Shown here: positions 28,482 to 38,621 of the stretch, piece after piece | Layout: every line of letters starts with the position of its first letter | Numbering within the stretch: position 1 is the first letter of the stretch | From: Terrimicrobiaceae bacterium | Lineage (GTDB): Bacteria; Verrucomicrobiota; Verrucomicrobiia; Chthoniobacterales; Terrimicrobiaceae | Length of the DNA stretch: 64,000 nt | Reading direction: 5' to 3' | Assembly (NCBI GenBank): GCA_041752695.1 | Contig: JBGSVZ010000050.1 | Span: 1 to 64,000, forward strand | Program-made: the position numbers and the translations under genes | The notes under the pieces: model-generated | The model's input: the letters and a program-made list of their open reading frames with translations, nothing else | Told to the model about the DNA's origin: nothing | Databases searched by the model: none

Positions 28482-29939
28482 ATGCTCGTCACCTGCGAGG
28501 AAATGAAACGCGCCGAGGATGAGGCCTTTGCGCGGGGGATTTCCGCGGAGGACCTGATGGAGCAGGCCGGGCGGGGGATTGCGGAAATCGTCCGGCAGTT
28601 TCACCCCGTCCCCGGAACCTGCATCGCGGTCTGCGGCAAGGGCCACAATGCGGGCGATGCCCTCGTGGCCGCGCGGATTCTGGCAGGGTGGGGGTGGAAC
28701 ATCGAGCTGCATTGCCTTTTTCCCACTCTCGTGCCGCTCACGGCGAAAAAACGCACGGAACTTCCTCCGACCCTTGCCTGCGAACCGGTGTCCCGCCGGG
28801 TGATTGTACTGGATGGTCTGCTGGGCCTTGGCGCAAGGGGCGAACCACACGGGGAAATTGCCGACGCCATCCGCGCCATCCAGACGCTGCGACGCAATGG
28901 CGCCTGGGTGCTGGCGATTGACCTCCCGAGTGGCCTCCATTGCGACAGCGGGCAGCCGTCCTCACTCTGCGTGGAAGCTGATCTCACGGCCACGATTGGC
29001 GCGGTCAAGACCGGCTTGGTCGCCGATGCGGCGACCAGTTTCGTGGGTCGCCTTGCGGTGATCCCCTTGCCCGACCTTGCCCTTCCCGAAGGTCTCTGGA
29101 ACCCGAGCCTTTCGGCCAATCTGAGAACCTGGCTGCCGCCCCGGGCCTTCGACACGCACAAAGGCCAGTGCGGCCGGGTGGGTCTCATTGCGGGTTCCCC
29201 GGGATTTTTGGGAGCCGCGCGCCTGAGCAGTGCCGCTGCGGTGAAGGCGGGCGCTGGATTGGTGACCCTTTTTGCCCGTCCCGAAATCGCCCCGACGCTG
29301 ATGGCGGCCTGCATCCCGGAAGTGATGGTCAAAACAGTTTCGAGCTATCGCGAGGCGCTCGATGCCAACCTTGACGTCATTGCCATTGGTCCCGGCCTCG
29401 GACTCGATCACGCCGGCGAAATTCTCGCGCTGATCCGCGAGGCCAGTTTGCCCATGGTGGTGGATGCCGATGCCCTCAACGCCCTTTCCCGGGACGTGTC
29501 GCTCTTGAACCATTGCGCGGGCCCGCGTCTCCTGACACCACATCCCGGTGAGATGGAACGGTTGTTCCCCCAAAATGGCCGAACTAGGGCGGAATGGCTG
29601 GAGGATTTTCTCGCCGCCCACCCCTGCACCCTTCTCCTCAAGGGCTCCCGAACGCTCCTCGGCGCGCCCGGGGAGCCGCGTTACGGCAACACCACGGGAA
29701 GCCCGGGCATGGCCAGCGGAGGCATGGGGGATGTGCTCACCGGCGTTTGCGCGGCTCTCATCGCTCAGAAGGCCGAAGACTCCCTTCTGCAGAGCGCTGT
29801 TCTCGCGGCTTGGCTGTGCGGTCGAGCCGCTGAAATCGGGGTTTTTGAGCCTGGCGGTTCGCCGGAGTCTCTCACGGCGTCGGTGGTTCTTTCCAAGCTG
29901 GGTGCCGCCTTTTCTGACCTGCGCGATGGCGCATGGTGA
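28482..29939 (+). CDS. nnr: Bifunctional NAD(P)H-hydrate epimerase/dehydratase
   Basis: LMEQAG, GKGHNAGD, IDLPSG, HKGQCG, GPGLG, DADAL, TPHPGE, GGMGDVL. Confidence 0.93.
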   Translation: MLVTCEEMKRAEDEAFARGISAEDLMEQAGRGIAEIVRQFHPVPGTCIAVCGKGHNAGDALVAARILAGWGWNIELHCLFPTLVPLTAKKRTELPPTLACEPVSRRVIVLDGLLGLGARGEPHGEIADAIRAIQTLRRNGAWVLAIDLPSGLHCDSGQPSSLCVEADLTATIGAVKTGLVADAATSFVGRLAVIPLPDLALPEGLWNPSLSANLRTWLPPRAFDTHKGQCGRVGLIAGSPGFLGAARLSSAAAVKAGAGLVTLFARPEIAPTLMAACIPEVMVKTVSSYREALDANLDVIAIGPGLGLDHAGEILALIREASLPMVVDADALNALSRDVSLLNHCAGPRLLTPHPGEMERLFPQNGRTRAEWLEDFLAAHPCTLLLKGSRTLLGAPGEPRYGNTTGSPGMASGGMGDVLTGVCAALIAQKAEDSLLQSAVLAAWLCGRAAEIGVFEPGGSPESLTASVVLSKLGAAFSDLRDGAW

Positions 29940-29957
29940 ATAGGTCGGGCCCGGCCC

Positions 29958-30098
29958 CTAACGGACCGCGATAAGGTAAAACACCAAGGCAAGCACGGCG
30001 CCGCCCGCGAGCAAGAGCCCGATGATAGTCCACCTTTCGGAACGCCTCTGTTGAACATGGGTGATCCGCTTGCGGTGGTAATCATAGTCCCGCCTCAT
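29958..30098 (-). CDS. Small single-pass membrane protein (46 aa), below the ORF-track cutoff
   Basis: MRRDYDYHRKRITHVQQRRSERWTIIGLLLAGGAVLALVFYLIAVR*: basic N-terminus and a C-terminal TM helix; fills an intergenic gap; TATGCT 8 nt upstream. Confidence 0.55.
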   Translation of the reverse strand: MRRDYDYHRKRITHVQQRRSERWTIIGLLLAGGAVLALVFYLIAVR

Positions 30099-30333
30099 CT
30101 ACCAGTAGCATAGCACGAAGTGCGGCAAGGGAAGGGAAATGTTTTTTCGCCGAGTCAGCGGCATCGGGCTTTTGGGCAATCATCGACTGGCAGTCCCGGG
30201 TGCGGTGCTTGCATTCGGGTTCACCGTCTGCGAGTTTCCTGGCGTGGAGGGAAAAAAACCAGAAGTCCCCGGGGATTCGGTTCCTGAGTCTCAGGATCCT
30301 CCCAAGGAGCGTTATGGCGAGTCCTATCTGGCA

Positions 30334-30693
30334 ATGGACGCCCAGCAGAAGAAGGCCCATCCCATGGCCCCGGCCAGGCGATCCGTCTCCAAAGGGGGTA
30401 ACAAGCTTCTGTTGCTTTTCGTGGTCGTGATGGCGTTGCTTTATTTTCAAGGGGGACGCTTGATGGCGTGGCTGGAGCGGCAGCCAACGTCGGCGCGCAT
30501 CCTCAAGGTGATCCGCGAGAATTTGCGGCCGGCCGACGAAAAGGCGGGTCCCCCACTGGAGCCGCTGAATACCGGAACAGGAGCGACCGGAGGCGAGACG
30601 ACCTTTGCCTCGGGCCAGGGTTTTGGCACGGTAAGCCCGGACGACGGAGGACAATCGTTTCGGGTCGTCGTGCCGCCGAACGAGACGAATTAA
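30334..30693 (+). CDS. Hypothetical membrane-anchored protein
   Basis: TM segment KLLLLFVVVMALLYF after a basic stretch. Start uncertain; the ORF is open from 30139. Confidence 0.6.
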   Translation: MDAQQKKAHPMAPARRSVSKGGNKLLLLFVVVMALLYFQGGRLMAWLERQPTSARILKVIRENLRPADEKAGPPLEPLNTGTGATGGETTFASGQGFGTVSPDDGGQSFRVVVPPNETN

Positions 30694-30705
30694 AAAGTTC
30701 GCGCG

Positions 30706-33585
30706 TTATTGCGGGGGCGGCAGGGCGGTGGGCGCGACGGCGTCGGGGGTGACGAGTTTTTGGTATTCCGGTTCGTCCCGCCAGGCGGCGAATTCGGGCT
30801 GAAGGGCAAAAGCTTCGCGGGCGGGTTGGCCGCCGACTTCGATGGCCCGGGCGGCGGCCTTGTAGAATTCAGCTTTGTTTTTCTGCTCGAAATATCCGCG
30901 TGCCAGGAGGAAGTGGTTCTCCACGTTGGAGCTTTCAAGTTCCGTGAGCCGCCTGGCGGGTTCCACGGTGCCGGGCAAATCATTCACCCGCTCATAGTGG
31001 CCAATCAGAAAACGCATCATGTCCGCATCGCCGGCAAAGTCGCGCAGGGCGCGTTCGGCGAGGGGTTTCACCTTGTTGGTCTCCGCGATGTCGTCATGCA
31101 GTTTGATCAGCGCCCGAAGGGTCTCCCCGCTCTTCGGCTGGGCGGCCAGTTTTTGGGTGAGCTTGCGCATCTCCCCGTCGACACCTTTGCGCAGTTCCGC
31201 CACGGAACGCATCCGCCAGAGGTCAAGGCTGTTGGGATCCTTCAGCAGGGCGGCATCCAGATTCCGGATGGGTTCTTCGTAGTCTCCGCGTTCCCACAGA
31301 AAGGATGCGACGGCCAAGAGGCTCTCGGGATTTTCGGGCCAGAGCTCCAGCGCCTCGCGGTAGGCGGCTTCGGCTTCCTTGTCCATTTTTCGATGACGGT
31401 AAATATTGGCAATGCTCTGGCGGAGTTTGGAAAACGAGCGTTGCGCGTCAAAATCCTTGCGGTAATTGGGATCCGCCAGAAGCTTGGCCTTGTAGTCTTT
31501 CCAGAAGGCGAAATCGCGAGCAACGTCTTCCGGAGTGAGTTCGACCTTGGTTTTGTTGAGCTTGTAAACCAGCCCGTGGGGGACGGCGTAGTCGTAGGTC
31601 CATTCGATCGGGAAACTTTCCTCGATGAAAAATTCGTGTTCGTCGCGGTTCTTGTCCCAGAGCCATTTGAGGACGGTGCTGAAGAGGACCGTGTTGCGAT
31701 CGCCCTGGCGGAAGGCCTCGGCATCCGCGTCGTTGCCGGCGGCTTTTTTCAGAGCTTCCAAGATCTCCTCCTGGGTGGGCAGAAGAATGGGTTTTTCGGG
31801 ATAGGTGCGGTCGCGTCCGAGCCAGCGCTCGAAGGCGTTCCGGGGAGCGGGGCGCGCGGTGGTATAATGGTCGCGCAGATATTTCATGTAGTTCGGTTCG
31901 CCCAGCGCGTTCTGCGTGATGATGTAAAGATCGCGGCGGTCGAAGTCCGGGTCCCGTTTCACGCCCGGAGGCTGGAGGCTTTCCCCGAGAATCATGTACG
32001 TGGGCACAAACCGCCCGGCATCCGTTCCGCCAATCATGATGCTGCCCTGCGGCAGGTCCTTCAACATGTCGTAGCCATACATCCACCCGAACCACCGCCC
32101 GCGCTGACTGGAAGAAGGTTCGCTGCCGACGAAGGTGAAGATCGGAAGGATGAGGAGCGCCGGGGCCACCCAGAAATAGCCCGCCCGCCGCTGGCTGAGT
32201 TTGTGCAAAACCAGGCCGATGCCCAGGCCGGAAAGCAATGCGAAAATCAGGTTCGTGTAGGTGTGGAAGGGCATCATCAACCACCAGCCCGATTGGTCCG
32301 TTTTCGCGTCCATCGTCATGGGTTGAAAAAACGCCGCGATGACGAAGGTCAGGTGGAGCAGGTAAATCCAGACGCGTTTTTCGAGGGGAAAACGGAAGAC
32401 AAAGAGGAATGATGCAAAATAGCCAATGATGGCCAGGGGTGTGAAAGCAGAAACCAACTGCATCCAGAAAAACCCGACCCAGAGCCGAGCGAGATCGAGG
32501 GTGCTGGGTTGCGCAAACGGGCCGGACTGGCGATCGTCCCGGGGATCGGGCCGTTTGCTGAAGGTGCCCATCAGCCGCCCCAGCGATTTCACGCTCATCT
32601 CCGAGAGGCTCCCGGAATACTGCGAGCGATTGACCGAGAAGAAGAACCCCTGGGCCTCCCGGGCGTAGCCCCAGTTCATCGGCGGATTCGTGCTGGAAGC
32701 AAACGGCATGTAGGCGTAGGGCAGCAAACCCAGGGCGACGACACAGGGAAGAAAGGCGATCAACCGCCAGCGGACGCGGAATCGACGGAGCCAGACGAAC
32801 AGCCCGAAGGCGAGGGCGGTGCAATAGAAAAACCGGATCGCGGTTTTGAGAGTCGCGGGATACTGACCGGGTTCGCTGTCGACAGCTGACAGAATGGCAA
32901 AGCAGAGATAGACCAGCAGCAGGGTCAGGATGCCGGCAAAAAGCCAGTCGAGGAACATCCGGCGGCGCAGCAGCAGGATGAGAAGATACGGCACGCCGGC
33001 GAGGGCCAGCGCCAGAATCAGGTGATGATTGCTGAAGGCAAAGGCGAGGAGAAAAAATACCGTCAGCATCAGTCCGTCGCGCGCGGGCTGCCGCACCCAC
33101 ATGTAGCAGGTGAGAAGGATCAGCGCGACCAACAGGGCGTGCAGTGTGTAGACCTCAGCGATGACCGCCTGCGACCACATGGATTCGCTGAAGGCCAGCA
33201 TGAGCGAAAATGCCAGCGCCACGAGGGAGGGCAGCCATTTCGCCTTGCCCGTTGCGACGCCTTCAAAACACCAGCGTTGAATATTGCAGAGCAGGGCGGC
33301 GCAGAGGCCGACGGCGAGGGCCCCACAGACGCCGCTGAAGAGGTTGATTTCCCACGCCGCATTGCCGAGGGGAAGGAGTTGGAACAGCCAGGAAAGAATG
33401 GTCCAAAGGGGATAGCCGGTGGGGTGGGGCACCCCGAAATTTTGCGCGGCCACAATAAACTCGCCGGAGTCGAGCAGGGTGACATTCGGCGCGGCCGACC
33501 AGATGTAAACGATCAGACTGATGGCCGCGGCCACCGCGGCGGTGATCCAGTCAATGGGCTGCCAGATGGAGATGCGGCGTTTCAT
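30706..33585 (-). CDS. DUF2723/TMEM260-like GT-C membrane protein with C-terminal TPRs
   Basis: TLLDSGEFI...GVPHPTGYPLW, WSQAVIAEVY, SNHH, NPPMNWG; TPR-like helices at the C-terminus. Confidence 0.87.
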   Translation of the reverse strand: MKRRISIWQPIDWITAAVAAAISLIVYIWSAAPNVTLLDSGEFIVAAQNFGVPHPTGYPLWTILSWLFQLLPLGNAAWEINLFSGVCGALAVGLCAALLCNIQRWCFEGVATGKAKWLPSLVALAFSLMLAFSESMWSQAVIAEVYTLHALLVALILLTCYMWVRQPARDGLMLTVFFLLAFAFSNHHLILALALAGVPYLLILLLRRRMFLDWLFAGILTLLLVYLCFAILSAVDSEPGQYPATLKTAIRFFYCTALAFGLFVWLRRFRVRWRLIAFLPCVVALGLLPYAYMPFASSTNPPMNWGYAREAQGFFFSVNRSQYSGSLSEMSVKSLGRLMGTFSKRPDPRDDRQSGPFAQPSTLDLARLWVGFFWMQLVSAFTPLAIIGYFASFLFVFRFPLEKRVWIYLLHLTFVIAAFFQPMTMDAKTDQSGWWLMMPFHTYTNLIFALLSGLGIGLVLHKLSQRRAGYFWVAPALLILPIFTFVGSEPSSSQRGRWFGWMYGYDMLKDLPQGSIMIGGTDAGRFVPTYMILGESLQPPGVKRDPDFDRRDLYIITQNALGEPNYMKYLRDHYTTARPAPRNAFERWLGRDRTYPEKPILLPTQEEILEALKKAAGNDADAEAFRQGDRNTVLFSTVLKWLWDKNRDEHEFFIEESFPIEWTYDYAVPHGLVYKLNKTKVELTPEDVARDFAFWKDYKAKLLADPNYRKDFDAQRSFSKLRQSIANIYRHRKMDKEAEAAYREALELWPENPESLLAVASFLWERGDYEEPIRNLDAALLKDPNSLDLWRMRSVAELRKGVDGEMRKLTQKLAAQPKSGETLRALIKLHDDIAETNKVKPLAERALRDFAGDADMMRFLIGHYERVNDLPGTVEPARRLTELESSNVENHFLLARGYFEQKNKAEFYKAAARAIEVGGQPAREAFALQPEFAAWRDEPEYQKLVTPDAVAPTALPPPQ

Positions 33586-36500
33586 TTTTTCTCGAGACCC
33601 AGCCGGATGGTCCGCCAGGCGGCTTCGACGGCGATGCCAATGGTCATTTTCGTTTCGCCGTCGCGCCGTTCCGTGAAGACGATGGGCACCTCAACAAGGC
33701 GCGCTCCGGCCTGCCAGAGGGCATGGTGAAGTTCGACCTGAAACCCGTAGCCGCCCGCGCGGAATTGTTTCCAGTTCAGGGTGCGCAGGACGGAAACGCG
33801 CAGCGCCTTGAACCCGCTGGTGGCATCGGTCAGCGGGAGGCCGGTGACCAGCCGGACAAAACGCGAGGCCCCCGTGCTGAGGAAAAGGCGTCCCTCCGCC
33901 CAGTTCATGACGCGCACGCCGCCGAGGTACCGCGACCCGATGGCGGCATCCGCACCGTCGTCGAGCGCCTGGAGCAGCCTGGGAATGTCGGCCGGATCGT
34001 GGGAAAGGTCCGCGTCCATTTCGAGACAAGCGTCAAATGCCTGGTCAAACGCCCAGTGGAAACCCTCCTTGTAGGCGCTGCCCAGGCCCAGTTTGCCCGC
34101 GCGGGGCAGGAGGTGCAGGCGGGTGCCGAACGCAGGGTGATTTTTCACCCAGTCCCCGGTGCCGTCGGGCGAGGCGTCATCCACCACCAGAACCTCAATG
34201 GTGTCGTGTGATGCGAAAACTTTTTCCAACGTCCGGGGCAGGCTGGTGGATTCGTTGTAGGTGGGGATGACCACCACCGCGCGGGCGATGGGCGTGCGGG
34301 AGAATTCTGTGATCTGATCCGGGCTTTGATCGAGGCGGGGGAGTTCGTTTTCGTTCAGCCAGGAGCGCAATGCGGGAGCGGGAATGGGCAAACGCAGGCC
34401 CACGATGAGCAAACCCAGACCAAGCCAGCCGCCGGCCGAGAGAAAAAAGAAACCTCCATACCACCACGGAGGCGCAAAGGTGAGGGTGATGGGCTGATCG
34501 GGCTGATCCGTCTGGACCCCCAGAAAAGCGCCATTCGCTCCCGCGACGGCCAGCGGATTGGCTCCGGAGAACGCCTTCCAGTCTGGATGATAAGCTTCGG
34601 GAACCACCACCCAGCCAGGTTTCCCCGGGGCGGCGAGGGAGATCTGGTGGAAGTTTTTAGATCGGGGCTCGGTCAGGGCGACGGGGCGGAATGCGACGGT
34701 GTTTGCCGCGTTGAGGGGTTCGTTGAAGACGGGGCCCTCCTCCTCCATCACGCCCAGTTTGCCAGGCTGGGCGGGGTATGTCGCCGGACTGTTCGGGAGG
34801 AGAATCACCCCCTTCTTTTCCAGATTGAGCCCCTCCTGTACGACCTTGGTGAGGCTGGCGTCGCCACTCAGGAAGTTTTGCGCCAGGAAAGCGGGAGCCA
34901 GTGAACCGGGGTTTTCCAGAATCAGAAAGTTGTCGTTTTCGAAGGCGGGTTTCAGCATGCCTCGGAAACGCTCCTGCGACTCCTTGCTCGTATCGGGATC
35001 GTTTTTGTCGATGAAAACAAAGGCAATTCCGCCGGAGTTGAGGTAGGCCGGCAGCAGGGCGGGCGACCACTGGGCGGCCACCTGGAGGTAGCTGACGCCC
35101 CGGACCATGAGGTAGGAGTTGAACGCCTCCGTGGTCAGCCCCCGCTTGGAGAAGTGCGGGGTGAGGAGGTAAAAATACCGCCCCGACATCGGGAAAACCC
35201 AGCCGGGTTTGGGCGACTCGGCGAGGAATTTCATGCTGGCCTCAAAGTCGGAAAACACCTTCCGGTCGAGCGGGCTGTGCGAGAAGTTCTTCAGATAAGG
35301 CACCACATCGAGAACGGCCAGGACGCAGAGCAGGACGGCCAGGGTGATCTTGGGCAGCCCGCCGGTCAGCCGAAGCGAAACCATCTGCGCGGCGCAGCCA
35401 GTGGCTACGGCGAGGAAAAAGATCCCGGCGATTTGCGAGAAATCATGCGGAGCGCGGAAGTCGGCAAAAATCGGCAGCCAGGAAACCAGGCGGAATCCCG
35501 GGACAAGCAGGTAAATGGCGATGGCCGCGCCGCCGACCCAGGCTTTTCCAGGCATCCGCGGAGGGAGAAGGCGAAGGATCACCCAGCCCTGAATCACAAG
35601 CAGGAACCAGGAGAGGGCAATCGAGATATCCGGGGCATTGAGCGCCATTTTCAAGAAACTCAGTTGTCCCAATAACACGCCCAGCGGTCCGAACGACAGC
35701 CAGTGAGCGGCGAGCACAAGCGACACCATGAGGCGGAAAACCGACCCGATGTTGGAGGAATAGAGTCCCGCCGGACGGAACATCAGGACCAGCCCAACAA
35801 GGAGGAGGGGGACCAGGCCGAGGTAGTTGGCGCCGAAGGACGAGGGGGCGGCGAAGCCGGGAGCCATTCCGTCCGTGAGAATCCCGGCGCGGTCGAACCA
35901 GAGAATGTTGCTCTTCAGCGAAAAAGCCGCCTGCCAGGCCTCGAAGGGCGCCAGTTCGAAAAGCGTGACAATGCGCATTTCCCGGAAGGCCGGAAGGCTG
36001 GGAAGCAGGCCAAGCAGGAAAACGGCCAGAAAAGCCGCCAGCAGGGCTGAGCCAGGCAGCCGCCAGGTGCGTTGTTTCCACAGCCAGACCACCCCGGCAT
36101 ACAAGAGGGCCAGCGGAAACAGGAGAAAAGCCGCCTTGGCATAGGTCAGCATGAGCAGGGCGTAGCAGGCTCCAAAATACAGGCCGTTGAGCCGCGTGGG
36201 TTGTTCGAGCAGGATCGTGAGCCGCAACATCACGAAGGGGATCACCGCAAACGCAGTTACAAACACCATGTGCTCGACATGGATGAGACGGTGGTAAAGC
36301 GGCGATGCCAGCAGAAAGGTGAGGCTCGCGACTGCGGCAATCAGCGGCTCCCCAGTGAGGCGGCGGGCCCAGGCGTAAATTCCCAGCACGGCGACAAAAA
36401 CCGCCGCCAGGGCGGCGACTTTGGGACCGACAAAAATGCCCGCCAGACTGCTCCCCACCAACAGCCACATCATGGTGAAGAAGGTCGTGAGATGCGGGGC

Positions 36501-36698
36501 CAGCGAACTGCCCTGGAGGAAGTTGGGCGTCCACCAGGGAGGTCCGCCCACCGAGCGCCACCCCTCCGCGTAGTCCAGAGCCTTGGCCGTGTTGGCCAGC
36601 AGTTCTTGATTTGAGGGCGGGACCTGCACCCAGAACCATCCGAACACGGACAAAAGAATCGCCGCAAAGAGGCAGACAAAAAGAAAACAGCGATTCAT
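33582..36698 (-). CDS. Fusion of a multi-TM GT-C/YfhO-like region with a DPM1-like polyprenol-phosphate glycosyltransferase (GT2)
   Basis: N-terminal PWWTPNFLQG and many TMs, YHPDWKA loop; C-terminal VIPTYNE, VVDDASPDGT, EMDADLSH, DATSGFKA, FTERRDGETKM. Confidence 0.85.
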   Translation of the reverse strand: MNRCFLFVCLFAAILLSVFGWFWVQVPPSNQELLANTAKALDYAEGWRSVGGPPWWTPNFLQGSSLAPHLTTFFTMMWLLVGSSLAGIFVGPKVAALAAVFVAVLGIYAWARRLTGEPLIAAVASLTFLLASPLYHRLIHVEHMVFVTAFAVIPFVMLRLTILLEQPTRLNGLYFGACYALLMLTYAKAAFLLFPLALLYAGVVWLWKQRTWRLPGSALLAAFLAVFLLGLLPSLPAFREMRIVTLFELAPFEAWQAAFSLKSNILWFDRAGILTDGMAPGFAAPSSFGANYLGLVPLLLVGLVLMFRPAGLYSSNIGSVFRLMVSLVLAAHWLSFGPLGVLLGQLSFLKMALNAPDISIALSWFLLVIQGWVILRLLPPRMPGKAWVGGAAIAIYLLVPGFRLVSWLPIFADFRAPHDFSQIAGIFFLAVATGCAAQMVSLRLTGGLPKITLAVLLCVLAVLDVVPYLKNFSHSPLDRKVFSDFEASMKFLAESPKPGWVFPMSGRYFYLLTPHFSKRGLTTEAFNSYLMVRGVSYLQVAAQWSPALLPAYLNSGGIAFVFIDKNDPDTSKESQERFRGMLKPAFENDNFLILENPGSLAPAFLAQNFLSGDASLTKVVQEGLNLEKKGVILLPNSPATYPAQPGKLGVMEEEGPVFNEPLNAANTVAFRPVALTEPRSKNFHQISLAAPGKPGWVVVPEAYHPDWKAFSGANPLAVAGANGAFLGVQTDQPDQPITLTFAPPWWYGGFFFLSAGGWLGLGLLIVGLRLPIPAPALRSWLNENELPRLDQSPDQITEFSRTPIARAVVVIPTYNESTSLPRTLEKVFASHDTIEVLVVDDASPDGTGDWVKNHPAFGTRLHLLPRAGKLGLGSAYKEGFHWAFDQAFDACLEMDADLSHDPADIPRLLQALDDGADAAIGSRYLGGVRVMNWAEGRLFLSTGASRFVRLVTGLPLTDATSGFKALRVSVLRTLNWKQFRAGGYGFQVELHHALWQAGARLVEVPIVFTERRDGETKMTIGIAVEAAWRTIRLGLEKK

Positions 36699-36765
36699 TC
36701 GCGGGATGGTTTACAGGGCCGGGGCATGGCCTGTCGAGATTGCGCAGGCGGGCCCGGTGGTTCTT

Positions 36766-37623
36766 TTACCCGGCGACGGCGACTTTGCCCTTGAAACCGA
36801 AGAGATTGAGGTAACGGCGACCGGAGGTTTTTTCGATGAGCGACTGCCTTTCCGACGGCTCCAGAGGCCTGCCGCTGGAGTCATGGAGGGCAAACCCCAG
36901 CGCGTCGAGTGACGCCAGGTAGGCCGCCGGATCGGTGCCGCAGCGGGTGAGCCCATAGGGCCAGAATTCCGTCATGAGAACGGCGGTGGGACTGGCCGCC
37001 AGAATGTTTTGCGCTCCGGCAATCACCCGTCCCTCGGCACCCTGCACGTCAATTTTGAGGAACCCAATGTTTGTAATGCCGTTCTTCGCACACAGGGAAT
37101 CGAGCGTTTCGGTCTGGACCTGACCGGAGGCCTTCAGGCTCGGTTCGGCATAAAGGCGGTTGTCGCCGTGGTTCTCCGGATTGCGAAAAAACGACACGGT
37201 TTCCGCGCGGTCGGAGGCGGCGCAGGGACACACGGTGACTGCCGGGGAATTTGTCGATGGGCGGTTCGCGCGGATGGTTTCTTCGAGAAACCGGCGGCTG
37301 TCGGCGTCCGGTTCGACGCAGAGAATGGAACCGGAAAAACCCGGGGTGGCGAGGGCCATGCCGGTGTAAAGCCCGACGTTGGCCCCGACGTCCGCGAAGG
37401 TCATTTCGGGCCGGAAATATCTGCGGAAAAACGCGATCTCCTCCTTTTCATACACGCCCATGGCCAGGGCACCGCTGACGACGGGATCGTGAGGATTGAG
37501 GGTGATCTTCGCTCCATGGATGGTGGCGGTCTTCGGCAGCAGCGAGCGGATCGCCGCATTGGCCGCCTTGCGCAGGGGGCGGGGGCGGAGGAGCACCGTA
37601 TAGATGAATTCGCTGAGCGACAT
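36766..37623 (-). CDS. FkbM-family methyltransferase
   Basis: DVGANVG, EP, FLKIDVQGAE, EFWP. Confidence 0.92.
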   Translation of the reverse strand: MSLSEFIYTVLLRPRPLRKAANAAIRSLLPKTATIHGAKITLNPHDPVVSGALAMGVYEKEEIAFFRRYFRPEMTFADVGANVGLYTGMALATPGFSGSILCVEPDADSRRFLEETIRANRPSTNSPAVTVCPCAASDRAETVSFFRNPENHGDNRLYAEPSLKASGQVQTETLDSLCAKNGITNIGFLKIDVQGAEGRVIAGAQNILAASPTAVLMTEFWPYGLTRCGTDPAAYLASLDALGFALHDSSGRPLEPSERQSLIEKTSGRRYLNLFGFKGKVAVAG

Positions 37624-37685
37624 CGTTCAGCCATTGCTTTTTTTCCTCCCGGATGTCAACAGGGACAGCTCCCTATTTTTTGACA

Positions 37686-38621
37686 ATGACGCGCATCTTA
37701 CTGACCGGCGGGGCCGGCTACATCGGTTCGGTCCTGGCACCGGAACTTCTTGCCGCGGGTTATGCCGTGAGCGTGGTGGACAATCTCATGCACCGCCAGT
37801 TCTCCCTGGCCCCGTGTTTTGCCAACGAGGCTTTTGAGTTTGTGCGGGGTGACGTGCGGGACGAAAGGGTCATGGCGCCATTGCTGGCCAAAGCCGACGC
37901 CATCATTCCGCTGGCCGCGCTGGTGGGCGCGCCCCTCTGTGACCGGGATCCGATTGCCGCCACCGGCATCAACCGCGAGGCCGTCCGTTGGCTCTGTGCA
38001 AACGCGAGCGTCGATCAACGTATCATCCTGCCCGTGACCAACAGTGGCTATGGGGTGGGCGAGAAGGATGCTTTTTGCACGGAAGAATCTCCCCTGCGTC
38101 CCGTCTCGCTTTACGGCCGGACCAAGGTCGAAGCCGAAGCGACCTTGCTGGAGCGTCCCAATAGTCTCAGTTTCCGGTTTGCCACCATCTTTGGACTCTC
38201 GCCGAGGATGCGGCTGGACTTACTGGTGAATGACTTTGCCTACCGGGCCTATCGGGATCGCGCTCTGGTGATTTTTGAAGGGCATTTTCGCCGCAATTTT
38301 CTGCACATTCGCGATGCCTCCCGCGTCTTCCTTCACGCCCTGGCGAATTTTGAGACGATGAAGGGTCGCGCCTACAATGTCGGCCTCGAAGAAGCAAATC
38401 TGACGAAGCTCGAACTCTGCGCGCGGATCAAAAACCACTTCCCGGATTTCACCTACATGGAAGCGGCCATCGGCAAGGATCCTGATCAGCGTGATTACCT
38501 CGTTTCCAACCAGCGGATTCTCTCCACGGGGTTCCGGACGGAGTGGGATCTGGACCGCGGCCTGGCCGAACTCAAGCGGGCTTTCCCGCATTTTCCGATT
38601 CAAGGCTTCGCCAATGTCTGA
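37686..38621 (+). CDS. NAD-dependent epimerase/dehydratase
   Basis: TGGAGYIGS, YGRTK (YxxxK), RMRLDLLVNDF. Confidence 0.92.
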   Translation: MTRILLTGGAGYIGSVLAPELLAAGYAVSVVDNLMHRQFSLAPCFANEAFEFVRGDVRDERVMAPLLAKADAIIPLAALVGAPLCDRDPIAATGINREAVRWLCANASVDQRIILPVTNSGYGVGEKDAFCTEESPLRPVSLYGRTKVEAEATLLERPNSLSFRFATIFGLSPRMRLDLLVNDFAYRAYRDRALVIFEGHFRRNFLHIRDASRVFLHALANFETMKGRAYNVGLEEANLTKLELCARIKNHFPDFTYMEAAIGKDPDQRDYLVSNQRILSTGFRTEWDLDRGLAELKRAFPHFPIQGFANV

